This document shows, piece after piece, positions 49,723 to 59,173 of a stretch of 59,173 nt of DNA. The position numbers and the translations under genes were made by a program. Origin of the DNA: Myxococcota bacterium. Its GTDB lineage: Bacteria; Myxococcota_A; Polyangia; Polyangiales; Sandaracinaceae. Numbering within the stretch: position 1 is the stretch's first letter; each line of letters opens with the position of its first letter. The notes beneath the pieces were generated by a model. That model had not been told where the DNA came from and did no database searches. It was given only the letters and a program-made list of their open reading frames with translations. The stretch covers positions 1 to 59,173 of the forward strand of contig JAYZQJ010000233.1 of the NCBI GenBank assembly GCA_036149055.1. Direction: 5' to 3'.

Positions 49723-50292
49723 ATGGCTGCGGAAACCGAGAGCGCTCCCGTCGAGGCGCGCCCCCTCATCTACCTCGCCGAGTACGACAGCCCGGCGGAC
49801 GTGATGCACGCCGCCGAGGCGGTCCGTGACGCCGGCTACAAGCGCTGGGACGTGCACACGCCGTTCCCCGTGCACGGCATGGACGGCGCCATGGGCCTCA
49901 AGGACTCGGCCGTCGGCTGGATCGTCCTGGCGATGGGCCTCACCGGCTGCACCACGGCGTTCCTGCTGATGTGGTGGACCAACGGCATCGACTACCCGAT
50001 CGTCATCGGCGGCAAGCCGGGCTTCAGCCTGCCCTCGATGATCCCGGTCATGTTCGAGCTGACCATCCTCCTCAGCGCCTTCGGCGCGGTCTTCGGGATG
50101 CTGGGCATCAACCAGCTCCCGAAGCATCACCACCCCGTGTTCTATTCGGAGCGCTTCGAGCGCTGCTCGGACGACAAGTTCTTCATCTCGATCGAGGCGG
50201 CCGACGAGGAGTTCGACCTCGAGGAGACGCGCTCGCTGCTCGAGGGGACGCACCCGACCCACATCGAGCTCATCCAGGAGGAGACGAGCTGA
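49723..50292 (+). CDS. actD: Alternative complex III subunit D
   Basis: TPFPVHGMD, IGGKP, PVMFELTIL, DDKFFI. Confidence 0.92.
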   Translation: MAAETESAPVEARPLIYLAEYDSPADVMHAAEAVRDAGYKRWDVHTPFPVHGMDGAMGLKDSAVGWIVLAMGLTGCTTAFLLMWWTNGIDYPIVIGGKPGFSLPSMIPVMFELTILLSAFGAVFGMLGINQLPKHHHPVFYSERFERCSDDKFFISIEAADEEFDLEETRSLLEGTHPTHIELIQEETS

Positions 50293-50912
50293 TGCGTACG
50301 CTCATCCTTTTGCCCGTGCTCGCGGGCGTGGCGCTGTCGGTGGGCTGCCAGGGGCAGACCTCCGAGGCTCCGCCCATCGTGCCCATCCGCAACATGCACG
50401 AGGTCCCGCGGTACGACCCGCAGGAGCCGAGCCCCTACTTCGAAGACGGCCGCGCCATGCGCCCGCCGGTGGAGCACACCGTCGCGCGCGAGATGGTCGT
50501 CGACCAGGTGCTCGATCAGGGCGTCCAGGAGGACGGCTCCTACGTGATGACCATCCCGGAGGCGGCGGTCGAGTCGTTCGGCGGGATGGAGCAGCTCCTC
50601 GCGCGCGGTGAGCAGCGGTACGGCGTGTACTGCGTGCCCTGCCACGGCGGGCTCGGAGACGGTAACGGCATGGTCCCGGAGTACTCCGGCGTCGGCTCCA
50701 TCCGGCCGCCGACCTTCCACGACGACCGCATCCGCCACATGGCCGACGGACAGCTCTACGCGACGATCCGCAACGGCATCCGGAACATGCCCGCCTACCG
50801 CGCGAACATCCCGGTGAACGATCGCTGGGCCATCGTGAGCTACGTTCGCGCGCTTCAACTCAGCCAGATGGACGGCCGGACCGCCGCCCTCTCGCCGGAG
50901 AGCGACCGATGA
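50292..50912 (+). CDS. actE: Alternative complex III monoheme cytochrome c lipoprotein E
   Basis: Lipobox SVG-C; CVPCHG; MPAY; DRWAIVSYVRALQ. Confidence 0.92.
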   Translation: MRTLILLPVLAGVALSVGCQGQTSEAPPIVPIRNMHEVPRYDPQEPSPYFEDGRAMRPPVEHTVAREMVVDQVLDQGVQEDGSYVMTIPEAAVESFGGMEQLLARGEQRYGVYCVPCHGGLGDGNGMVPEYSGVGSIRPPTFHDDRIRHMADGQLYATIRNGIRNMPAYRANIPVNDRWAIVSYVRALQLSQMDGRTAALSPESDR

Positions 50913-52372
50913 GCAAGAAGGAAGTCGCCAGCAAGAAGCCGACGTACCGGATCACGGCGGACGGCCCCTGGGCCAACGCCTGGAAGATCGCGGCCGTCGT
51001 CGGCCTGGTCGGCGCGGCGGGGTGCGCGTTCGGCGCGATGAACGACCCGCACCGCTTCGCGTTCTCGTGGCTGTTCGCCTTCATGACCTTCCTCGCGGTG
51101 GGTCTGGGCGGCCTGTTCTTCGTGCTCGGTCAGCACCTGACCGGGGCCGGGTGGGGCGTCAGCCTCCGCCGCACGAGCGAGTTCCTGCTCAGCGGCCTCC
51201 CGGTCTTCCTCATCCTCTTCGTGCCGATCGCCCTCAACATCGACCAGCTCTACCCGTGGGCCCAGCACGGCCACGGCGAGGAGCACGGCGAGGAGCACGG
51301 CGAAGAGCACGGCGAAGAGCACGGCGACGGTCACGACCACGGCGAGCACGGGAGCCTGCTCGACCTCGGCGGCACCGCGCACGCGCAGGACGGCGACCAC
51401 GGAGCCCACTCGGTCGACGTGCGCGAGCCCTACGACCTGCGCCCCGGGCAGTACGAAGAGGACGCGCACGCGGCGCCCGAAGGGGAGGGGCACCACACCC
51501 CCGAGCACGCCCTGCACGGGCGGATCATCGAGGAGAAGCTGCCGTTCCTGAACCACGGCTTCTTCCTCATCCGCGCCGGCATCTACTTCCTCTGCTGGAT
51601 CCTGCTCGCGTACCTCTTCTTCACCTGGTCGACGCGTCAGGACAAGGAGAAGGGCCTCGAGCTCACCAAGAAGATGCAGAAGTTCGCGCCCGCCGCGACC
51701 TTCATCTTCGGCCTCTCGCTCACCTTCGCGGCGTTCGACTGGACGATGTCCCTCGAGCCTAGCTGGTACTCGACCATCTTCGGCGTCCAGTACTTCTCGG
51801 TGAGCGCGGTCATCGGCCACGCGGTCATCATCCTCATCACCATGAGCCTGCGTAAGAGCGGGCTCATCGGCGACGCCATCAACGTCGAGCACTTCCACGA
51901 CATGGGGAAGCTGCTCTTCGGGTTCGTGGTGTTCTGGGCGTACATCAGCTTCTCGCAGTTCATGCTGATCTGGTACGCGGGCATCCCCGAGGAGGCGACC
52001 TACTTCCACCTGCGCTGGTGGGGCGGCGGCGGCTTCATGCAGCTGAGCATCCTGCTCGTGCTCGCCGGCTTCGTCGTGCCCTTCTTCGTGCTGATCTCCC
52101 GCAACACCAAGCGCCGCCTCCCGGTGCTGACGTTCGGCGCGGCCTGGGTCGCGGTCATGCACGTGCTCCAGGAGTACTGGATCGTGATGCCCTACGCAGA
52201 GCAGACGGGGCTCATCGAGACGAGCCTCCGCCTGCACTGGCTCGACTTCGCCGCGCTCTTCGCCGTCGGCGGCATCTACCTGGCGGTCGTGTTCTGGAAC
52301 ATGACCCGTTACCCGCTCGTGCCGGTGGGCGACCCCCGCCTGGACCGCGCGCTCCACTTCGAAGTGGTCTGA
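50909..52372 (+). CDS. actF: Alternative complex III subunit F, with His-rich insertion
   Basis: LYPW, FDWTMSLEPSWYSTIFG, HDMGKLLFGF, SQFMLIWYA. Confidence 0.92.
   Translation: MSKKEVASKKPTYRITADGPWANAWKIAAVVGLVGAAGCAFGAMNDPHRFAFSWLFAFMTFLAVGLGGLFFVLGQHLTGAGWGVSLRRTSEFLLSGLPVFLILFVPIALNIDQLYPWAQHGHGEEHGEEHGEEHGEEHGDGHDHGEHGSLLDLGGTAHAQDGDHGAHSVDVREPYDLRPGQYEEDAHAAPEGEGHHTPEHALHGRIIEEKLPFLNHGFFLIRAGIYFLCWILLAYLFFTWSTRQDKEKGLELTKKMQKFAPAATFIFGLSLTFAAFDWTMSLEPSWYSTIFGVQYFSVSAVIGHAVIILITMSLRKSGLIGDAINVEHFHDMGKLLFGFVVFWAYISFSQFMLIWYAGIPEEATYFHLRWWGGGGFMQLSILLVLAGFVVPFFVLISRNTKRRLPVLTFGAAWVAVMHVLQEYWIVMPYAEQTGLIETSLRLHWLDFAALFAVGGIYLAVVFWNMTRYPLVPVGDPRLDRALHFEVV
51272..51328 (+). repeat. 12-bp tandem repeat CACGGCGA(G/A)GAG encoding (HGEE)n in actF
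   Basis: Four full copies plus a partial one. Confidence 0.88.
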
Positions 52373-52380
52373 GGACAACG

Positions 52381-52971
52381 ATGGACGACACGCCCCCCAG
52401 GAACCGGCTCATCGCGTTCTACTCGCTGCTCGCGGTGGGCACGCTGATGGTGCTCAAGCCGGCGTTCGACTCCTACTACGACCGGATGTACGACCGCGCG
52501 GTCGACGACCGGCTCGCCAGCTACAACGAGCGGACCATCGTGGCCGAGCGTGACGTGGCGCCGCTCTCGCAGCGCGAGGCGGAGTGGGAGACGTCGCTCT
52601 CCAGCGGCTCGATGCCGATCGACCGCGCGATGGCGCAGATCGCGCAGCGCGGCCGCACGGGCATCCCGCAGATCGCCCCGCAGGCCACGGCCGAGCAGAA
52701 CATGGACGCGCTCAACGGCTGGTCGGAGAGCCCGAACCCGGACGCGCCGGCCGCCAACCCCGCGGCGGAGACGCCCGAGGAGAGCGAGCCGATGGAGATG
52801 GGCGTCGAGGACGGCGTCGATCCCGGCATCGAGCCCGGCGACGCCGGCGACGAGGCCCCCGAGGACTCGGTCGAGCCGGAAGAGACGGTCGAGCCGACCG
52901 AAGCGCCCGCTCCGCCCCCGACCCGACGTGCGCCCCCCTCGCCGCAGGGTGACGCTGACCCCACCGACTGA
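52381..52971 (+). CDS. ActG-like small membrane subunit with acidic tail
   Basis: Position after actF; one TM; MPIDRAM motif reminiscent of ActG; GAGGA SD. Confidence 0.65.
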   Translation: MDDTPPRNRLIAFYSLLAVGTLMVLKPAFDSYYDRMYDRAVDDRLASYNERTIVAERDVAPLSQREAEWETSLSSGSMPIDRAMAQIAQRGRTGIPQIAPQATAEQNMDALNGWSESPNPDAPAANPAAETPEESEPMEMGVEDGVDPGIEPGDAGDEAPEDSVEPEETVEPTEAPAPPPTRRAPPSPQGDADPTD

Positions 52972-53000
52972 CCTGGGATTCACCCCCCCGGACCCCCACC

Positions 53001-53918
53001 ATGCGCCGTCTGCTTCACACGACCGTGCTCGCCTTCGCCCTCTTCGGGCTGGCGTCGCAGTCCGTCGTGACGACGGCGCAGGTGAACGCGAACGCGCCGC
53101 CCGGCCTCGAGAACGTCGGGGTGGAGGAGCAGCTCGACAGCCGCATCCCCACCGACCTCGTCTTCCGCAACCACGAGGGCGAGCGGGTCCGCCTGGGCTC
53201 GCTGATCCGCGGCGACCGCCCGGTGCTGGTGAACCTCGTCTATCACACGTGCCCGAGCTTCTGCTCGCTCGTGCTGGACGGGACCCTGGCCGCGCTGGGC
53301 ACCCAGCCCTGGACGGTGGGCGACGAGTTCGACGTCATCACCGTGAGCATCGACCCCCGGGACACGCCGGAGGTCGCGGCCGACAAGCGGCGGCGCATGC
53401 TCTACCAGTACGGGCGCGAGGGAGCCGAGGAGGGCTGGCACTTCCTGGTGGCCGAGCGCGCCCTCTCGGAGGACGAGGTCATCGCCGAGCAGGCGAGCTA
53501 CCCGGCCGCCGAGCGCCTCGCGGACGCCCTGGGCTTCCGCTACCAGTGGATGCCGCGACAGCGTCAGTTCGCCCACCCGGGCGTGCTCATGATGCTCACC
53601 CCGGAGGCGCGGATCGCCCGCTACCTCTACGGCCTCGAGTACGACTCGAACGACGTCCGCCTCGGCCTCCTCGAGGCCTCCGAGGGGCGCAGCGTCTCCA
53701 GCGTGGAGGCGGTGATCCTCTACTGCTATCAGTACGACGCGTCCGCGCAGGGCTACACGCTGGTGGCCTGGCGCGTGATGCAGATCGGCGGCGCGCTCAC
53801 CGCGCTCTGCCTCGGACTCTTTCTCTTCTTCTTCTGGCGTCGCGAGCTCAAGAAGCGCCGTGACGCCCGGACCGAACGGTCCAACCCGGACCCCGATCCC
53901 ATCGCTGCGAATGCATGA
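53001..53918 (+). CDS. SCO family copper chaperone
   Basis: YHTCPSFCSLV (CxxxC), VSIDPRDTP, FAHP, RYLYG, C-terminal TM. Confidence 0.92.
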   Translation: MRRLLHTTVLAFALFGLASQSVVTTAQVNANAPPGLENVGVEEQLDSRIPTDLVFRNHEGERVRLGSLIRGDRPVLVNLVYHTCPSFCSLVLDGTLAALGTQPWTVGDEFDVITVSIDPRDTPEVAADKRRRMLYQYGREGAEEGWHFLVAERALSEDEVIAEQASYPAAERLADALGFRYQWMPRQRQFAHPGVLMMLTPEARIARYLYGLEYDSNDVRLGLLEASEGRSVSSVEAVILYCYQYDASAQGYTLVAWRVMQIGGALTALCLGLFLFFFWRRELKKRRDARTERSNPDPDPIAANA

Positions 53919-53928
53919 GAGCTGACTG

Positions 53929-54969
53929 ATGGACGAGCAGGAATACGCAGACGCGACCATCCAGCTGCCGGAGCAGGCATCGACCCTCGCTCCCGCGGTG
54001 GACTCGCTCTACTACGACATCTACTGGATCAGCGTCGTCTTCTTCGTGGCCATCGTCGGCGCGATGGTCTGGTTCGCCTGGAAGTACCGGCGACGCAAGG
54101 GCGTGAAGAGCAAGCCCCCGGGCCACGCGACGGCGCTCGAGCTCTTCTGGACGTTCTCGCCGCTGATCTTGCTGGCGTACATGTTCCACCAGGGCTTCGA
54201 CGGGTACATGACGATGGTCATCCCGCCCGAGAACGCGATCACCATTCGCGCCCGGGCGTACAAGTGGCGCTGGGAGTTCGAGCAGCCCAACGGGATGACC
54301 GAGGGCCGCCTCGTGGCGCCGGTGAACCAGCCGGTCCGCATGGTGATGGCGTCGGTGCCGAACGGCCCGAACCCCGAGGACGCCGCGGTGCTCCACTCCT
54401 TCTTCATCCCGTCCTTCCGGGTGAAGCGCGACGTGGTGCCCGGCATGTACACCTCGCTGTGGTTCGAGGCGACCCGTGAGGGCACCTTCCAGATCTACTG
54501 CACCGAGTACTGCGGCACCGGTCACTCGCGCATGCTGAGCGAGATCGAGGTCGTCTCGCAGGAGGCCTACCGCGAGTACCTCCAGCGCGGCCCGAGCTGC
54601 CCGGACGACATCGAGGAGGACTGGCAGTGGGGCCAGCAGCTCTTCGCGAGCAACGGCTGCCCGGCCTGCCACAACGTGGGCGAGGGCCAGGGGCGCCTCG
54701 TCGGCCCGAACCTCTACAACGTCGCCGGGACCATGCAGCCGCTCGAGGGCGGCGGGCAGGAGATGGCGAACGCGGAGTACATCCGCACCTCCATCGTGCA
54801 GCCCCAGGAGCACATCGTGGAGAGCTACACCGCGGCGGCGATGCCCGCGTTCAACCTGCCCGAGTCGCAGCTGGACGCCCTCGTCGCCTACCTGGCGCAC
54901 ATCTCGAGCGAAGGCAGCAGCCTCGAAGTTCCGGCGCAGTGCGGCGAGGCCGCCGCGGCGGAGGAGTGA
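53929..54969 (+). CDS. ctaC: Cytochrome c oxidase subunit II with fused cytochrome c (caa3 type)
   Basis: VLHSFFIP, CuA motif [13 protein letters not shown]-terminal CPACH...MP. Confidence 0.95.
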   Translation: MDEQEYADATIQLPEQASTLAPAVDSLYYDIYWISVVFFVAIVGAMVWFAWKYRRRKGVKSKPPGHATALELFWTFSPLILLAYMFHQGFDGYMTMVIPPENAITIRARAYKWRWEFEQPNGMTEGRLVAPVNQPVRMVMASVPNGPNPEDAAVLHSFFIPSFRVKRDVVPGMYTSLWFEATREGTFQIYCTEYCGTGHSRMLSEIEVVSQEAYREYLQRGPSCPDDIEEDWQWGQQLFASNGCPACHNVGEGQGRLVGPNLYNVAGTMQPLEGGGQEMANAEYIRTSIVQPQEHIVESYTAAAMPAFNLPESQLDALVAYLAHISSEGSSLEVPAQCGEAAAAEE

Positions 54970-54973
54970 GACG

Positions 54974-56755
<1,782 letters not shown>

Positions 56756-56805
56756 TCGGGCGCTGACCCGATCCCCTCGTCAATCGCAGAAGGAAGAACG
56801 ACGCG

Positions 56806-57525
56806 ATGTCCACCGCAACCGAACACGGCGAGCACGAGCACGAGTCCTGGCTCGCCCACCACTTCGAGACGCCGGTTCAGCAGTTCGAGTCGGCGAAGCT
56901 CGGGATGTGGCTCTTCCTCGCGCAGGAAGTGCTCTTCTTCTCCGGCCTCTTCGTCGCCTACGGCGTCTTCCGGTCGAACTACCCGGACGCCTTCGAGGCG
57001 GGGTCGGCGCAGCTCGACCGCATCATCGGCGGCTTCAACACCTGCGTCCTGCTCGTGAGCTCGTTCACGGCGGCGATGGCGGTGCGCTCCGCGCAGATGG
57101 GTGATCGCAAGCAGACCTCGATGCACCTGATCATCACGATCCTGTGTGCCTTCGGGTTCCTGATCATCAAGTACTTCGAGTACTCGGCGAAGTTCGACCA
57201 CGGCCTCCTGCCGGGCGAGTTCTTCCACCCGCACCACAACCCGGACGGCACGCTCCACGAGATCCACCCCTGGATCGAAGGCGCGACCACCGTCACGGCG
57301 TTCCCCCCGAAGACGCACGTCTTCTTCGGCATCTACTTCGTCCTGACCGGCCTCCACGGCGTGCACGTGGCGATCGGCATCGGCGTCCTCGCCTGGATCC
57401 TCTACCGGAACGTCCGGGGCGAGTTCACCAAGGACTACTGGACTGCGGTCGACATCGCGGCGCTCTACTGGCACCTCGTCGACCTGGTCTGGATCTACCT
57501 CTTCCCGCTGCTCTACCTCATCTAG
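56806..57525 (+). CDS. ctaE: Cytochrome c oxidase subunit III
   Basis: LGMWLFLAQEVLFF, TGLHGVHV, LYWHLVDLVWIYLFPLLY. Confidence 0.95.
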   Translation: MSTATEHGEHEHESWLAHHFETPVQQFESAKLGMWLFLAQEVLFFSGLFVAYGVFRSNYPDAFEAGSAQLDRIIGGFNTCVLLVSSFTAAMAVRSAQMGDRKQTSMHLIITILCAFGFLIIKYFEYSAKFDHGLLPGEFFHPHHNPDGTLHEIHPWIEGATTVTAFPPKTHVFFGIYFVLTGLHGVHVAIGIGVLAWILYRNVRGEFTKDYWTAVDIAALYWHLVDLVWIYLFPLLYLI

Positions 57526-57533
57526 AGAGAACG

Positions 57534-58280
57534 ATGGCCGATCACAGCGAACACGCAGCGAAGGACGGCTACGTCCACGTTCACGTCCACCCGTGGAAGT
57601 TCTACGCGGGCATCCTCGGCGCGCTCATGTTCCTCACCGTCGTCACGGTGGCGGCGAGCTACGTGGACATCGACGGCTTCCTCGCCCTGGGCGGTGAGGT
57701 CGAGGGCGTCGGCATGTGGAACCTCATCGTCGCGATCCTCATCGCGACGATGAAGGCCTCCCTGGTCGTGCTCTTCTTCATGCACCTCAAGGACGACTCG
57801 CGCTTCAACGCGCTGGTCTTCGTCGGGTCGCTCCTCTTCGTGGGCGTCTTCTTCGCCTACACGATGAACGACACCGGCACCCGCGGCGCCACCGGCGACC
57901 GCTACAACGGCGTGCACATCGACCCGGACACCGGCGAGCGGGCCCCCGGCGGCATCCCGGCGCCGATCCCCGGTCAGGTCCTCGAGCCCGGCATGGCGGC
58001 GCCCGAGGGCGCGGACGCCCACGGCGGCGAGGCGGGCGGCGAGGCGGAGGCCGAGGAGCCCGGCGAGGCGGCCGAGGCTCCGGTGGTGGAGGCGGCCGAC
58101 GTGGCGCCCGAGGCCGACGCCGACGGTGTGGACGAGGACTCGGTCCAGGCCGAGGTGGTCGAGGAGGCGGCGGACGAGCCGCAGCTCGAGGCCGCCGACC
58201 TGCCCGAGGAGGCCGAGGAGGCGCGCGAGCCGGGCCCCGACACCGAGACGCCGACCGAGTCGAGCGACCCGGTCGAGTAG
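57534..58280 (+). CDS. ctaF: Cytochrome c oxidase subunit IV with long acidic tail
   Basis: IATMKASLVVLFFMHLK motif; start ATG 57534. Confidence 0.88.
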   Translation: MADHSEHAAKDGYVHVHVHPWKFYAGILGALMFLTVVTVAASYVDIDGFLALGGEVEGVGMWNLIVAILIATMKASLVVLFFMHLKDDSRFNALVFVGSLLFVGVFFAYTMNDTGTRGATGDRYNGVHIDPDTGERAPGGIPAPIPGQVLEPGMAAPEGADAHGGEAGGEAEAEEPGEAAEAPVVEAADVAPEADADGVDEDSVQAEVVEEAADEPQLEAADLPEEAEEAREPGPDTETPTESSDPVE

Positions 58281-58282
58281 CG

Positions 58283-59095
58283 ATGCGTCTCCACCAGGCC
58301 GACGCGCTCACGAGGCTGGCCCTCGTCGCGTCGGCCTTCTTCATTCCGTCGTGCCAGTGCGAGGGCGGCCCCCGGCAGCCGCTCGCCGAGGTGCCCACGA
58401 TCGCGTACCCCGAGGCCTGCGCGGGGGAGGGCGAGCTGGAGCTCGAGCGCACGCTGCGCTCGGGGCCGGACATGCGCGAGCCCAACGTGGTCGAGCGCTT
58501 CGAGCTCCGGCGCGCCGGCGCCTGTCGCGTCCTCCGGGTGCGGCAGGAGTGGCCGCTCGGCACCGCCGACGTCGACGTGGTCTACGACGCCGACGGGCTC
58601 CCGCTCCGGGTCTGGAAGCGCACCACCATGCCCGACGCGCAGAGCCCGGTGGGGCACCGCGACCTGCGGGTCTTCGACCTGACCCGCGAGCCGGTCGAGC
58701 TCGCGCGACGCGGACCGACCGGCGAGCGGCGGGGCGAGACCCTGCGCGGCGCGCGCCCTCGCGTGGTCATCGCCCCCGGTCGCGGGCTGCTCACCGCCTG
58801 GATCCAGCGCGCCTCGCTCGACGTCGGCGGGCGCCTCCGCGAGAGCGCCCTCGACGTGCGCGAGCCGCTCGCGGTGATCCGGGACGTCACCCTGCAGCGC
58901 GAGCCGGACCAGGAGGTCGAGGGGCTCGGGCGGGTGCGCGTCTACACCATCTACGGCCGCGAGCCGGTCTTCACCGACGCGAACGACGTCATCGTCGGCG
59001 ACATGTTCGGCCTGCGCGACGCCAGCCGCCTCGAGGGCCCGCTCCCGGACCCCATGCCCGACCCCGGCCCCTTCGACCCCACCACGAGTCCCTGA
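58283..59095 (+). CDS. Hypothetical exported beta-rich (lipo)protein at the end of the oxidase operon
   Basis: Starts 2 nt after the ctaF stop; signal LALVASAFFIPS-CQC; normal codon bias. Confidence 0.75.
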   Translation: MRLHQADALTRLALVASAFFIPSCQCEGGPRQPLAEVPTIAYPEACAGEGELELERTLRSGPDMREPNVVERFELRRAGACRVLRVRQEWPLGTADVDVVYDADGLPLRVWKRTTMPDAQSPVGHRDLRVFDLTREPVELARRGPTGERRGETLRGARPRVVIAPGRGLLTAWIQRASLDVGGRLRESALDVREPLAVIRDVTLQREPDQEVEGLGRVRVYTIYGREPVFTDANDVIVGDMFGLRDASRLEGPLPDPMPDPGPFDPTTSP

Positions 59096-59100
59096 GTCTT

Positions 59101-59131
59101 GGGGGGGGGGTGGTGGGCACCCACCCCCCCC
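59101..59131. terminator. G/C-run hairpin after the respiratory operon
   Basis: G-run-TGG...CCA-C-run inverted repeat just after stop 59095; no clear U-tract. Confidence 0.45.
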
Positions 59132-59173
59132 GGCGCCCAATCGCAACCGCGCACGCCCGCCCCCCCCGCCCCG

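Noticed and set aside
59101..59173. Terminal G/C runs as an inverted repeat or element end matching positions 1-25
   Set aside because: Both ends are low-complexity; more likely assembly or window breakpoints.

Overview
Very GC-rich chromosomal window. Its gene content (three Hanks-type Ser/Thr kinases, a stand-alone PilZ protein, many lipoproteins, alternative complex III joined to a caa3 oxidase operon) suggests a myxobacterium, probably Polyangiales/Sandaracinaceae-like (inference). Left to right: a partial membrane kinase; a ceramidase-like lipoprotein; three tandem paralogous membrane proteins ending in PYRG; PilZ; an ECF sigma / anti-sigma / kinase-STAND ATPase cluster; a long S1-domain protein; tRNA-Val(CAC). 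An accessory-looking stretch follows: YCII + ECF42-type sigma + MAPEG, TetR + Rieske oxygenase, and two outward-facing paralogs bracketing a PI4K-like lipoprotein kinase operon. Then an ACT protein, Kelch lipoprotein, thiolase, a degenerate PEP-synthase/RPH-like protein, a second ceramidase-like lipoprotein, hbd-crt, ridA, hisZ-purA, a Cys/His-rich lipoprotein, a kinase with GYF-, DUF4388- and MshEN-like domains, an O-methyltransferase, and the actABCDEF(G)-sco-ctaCDEF respiratory operon. No integrase, transposase or CRISPR array was seen. Best leads for something undescribed: (1) the PYRG paralog trio; (2) the paralog pair sharing an identically spaced sigma28-like promoter around an exported atypical kinase; (3) a recurring leaderless-type -10 signature 6-8 nt before many start codons; (4) the intact but catalytically stripped RPH/PPS-like protein. 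All family calls are from motif recognition by eye; no database searches were run.
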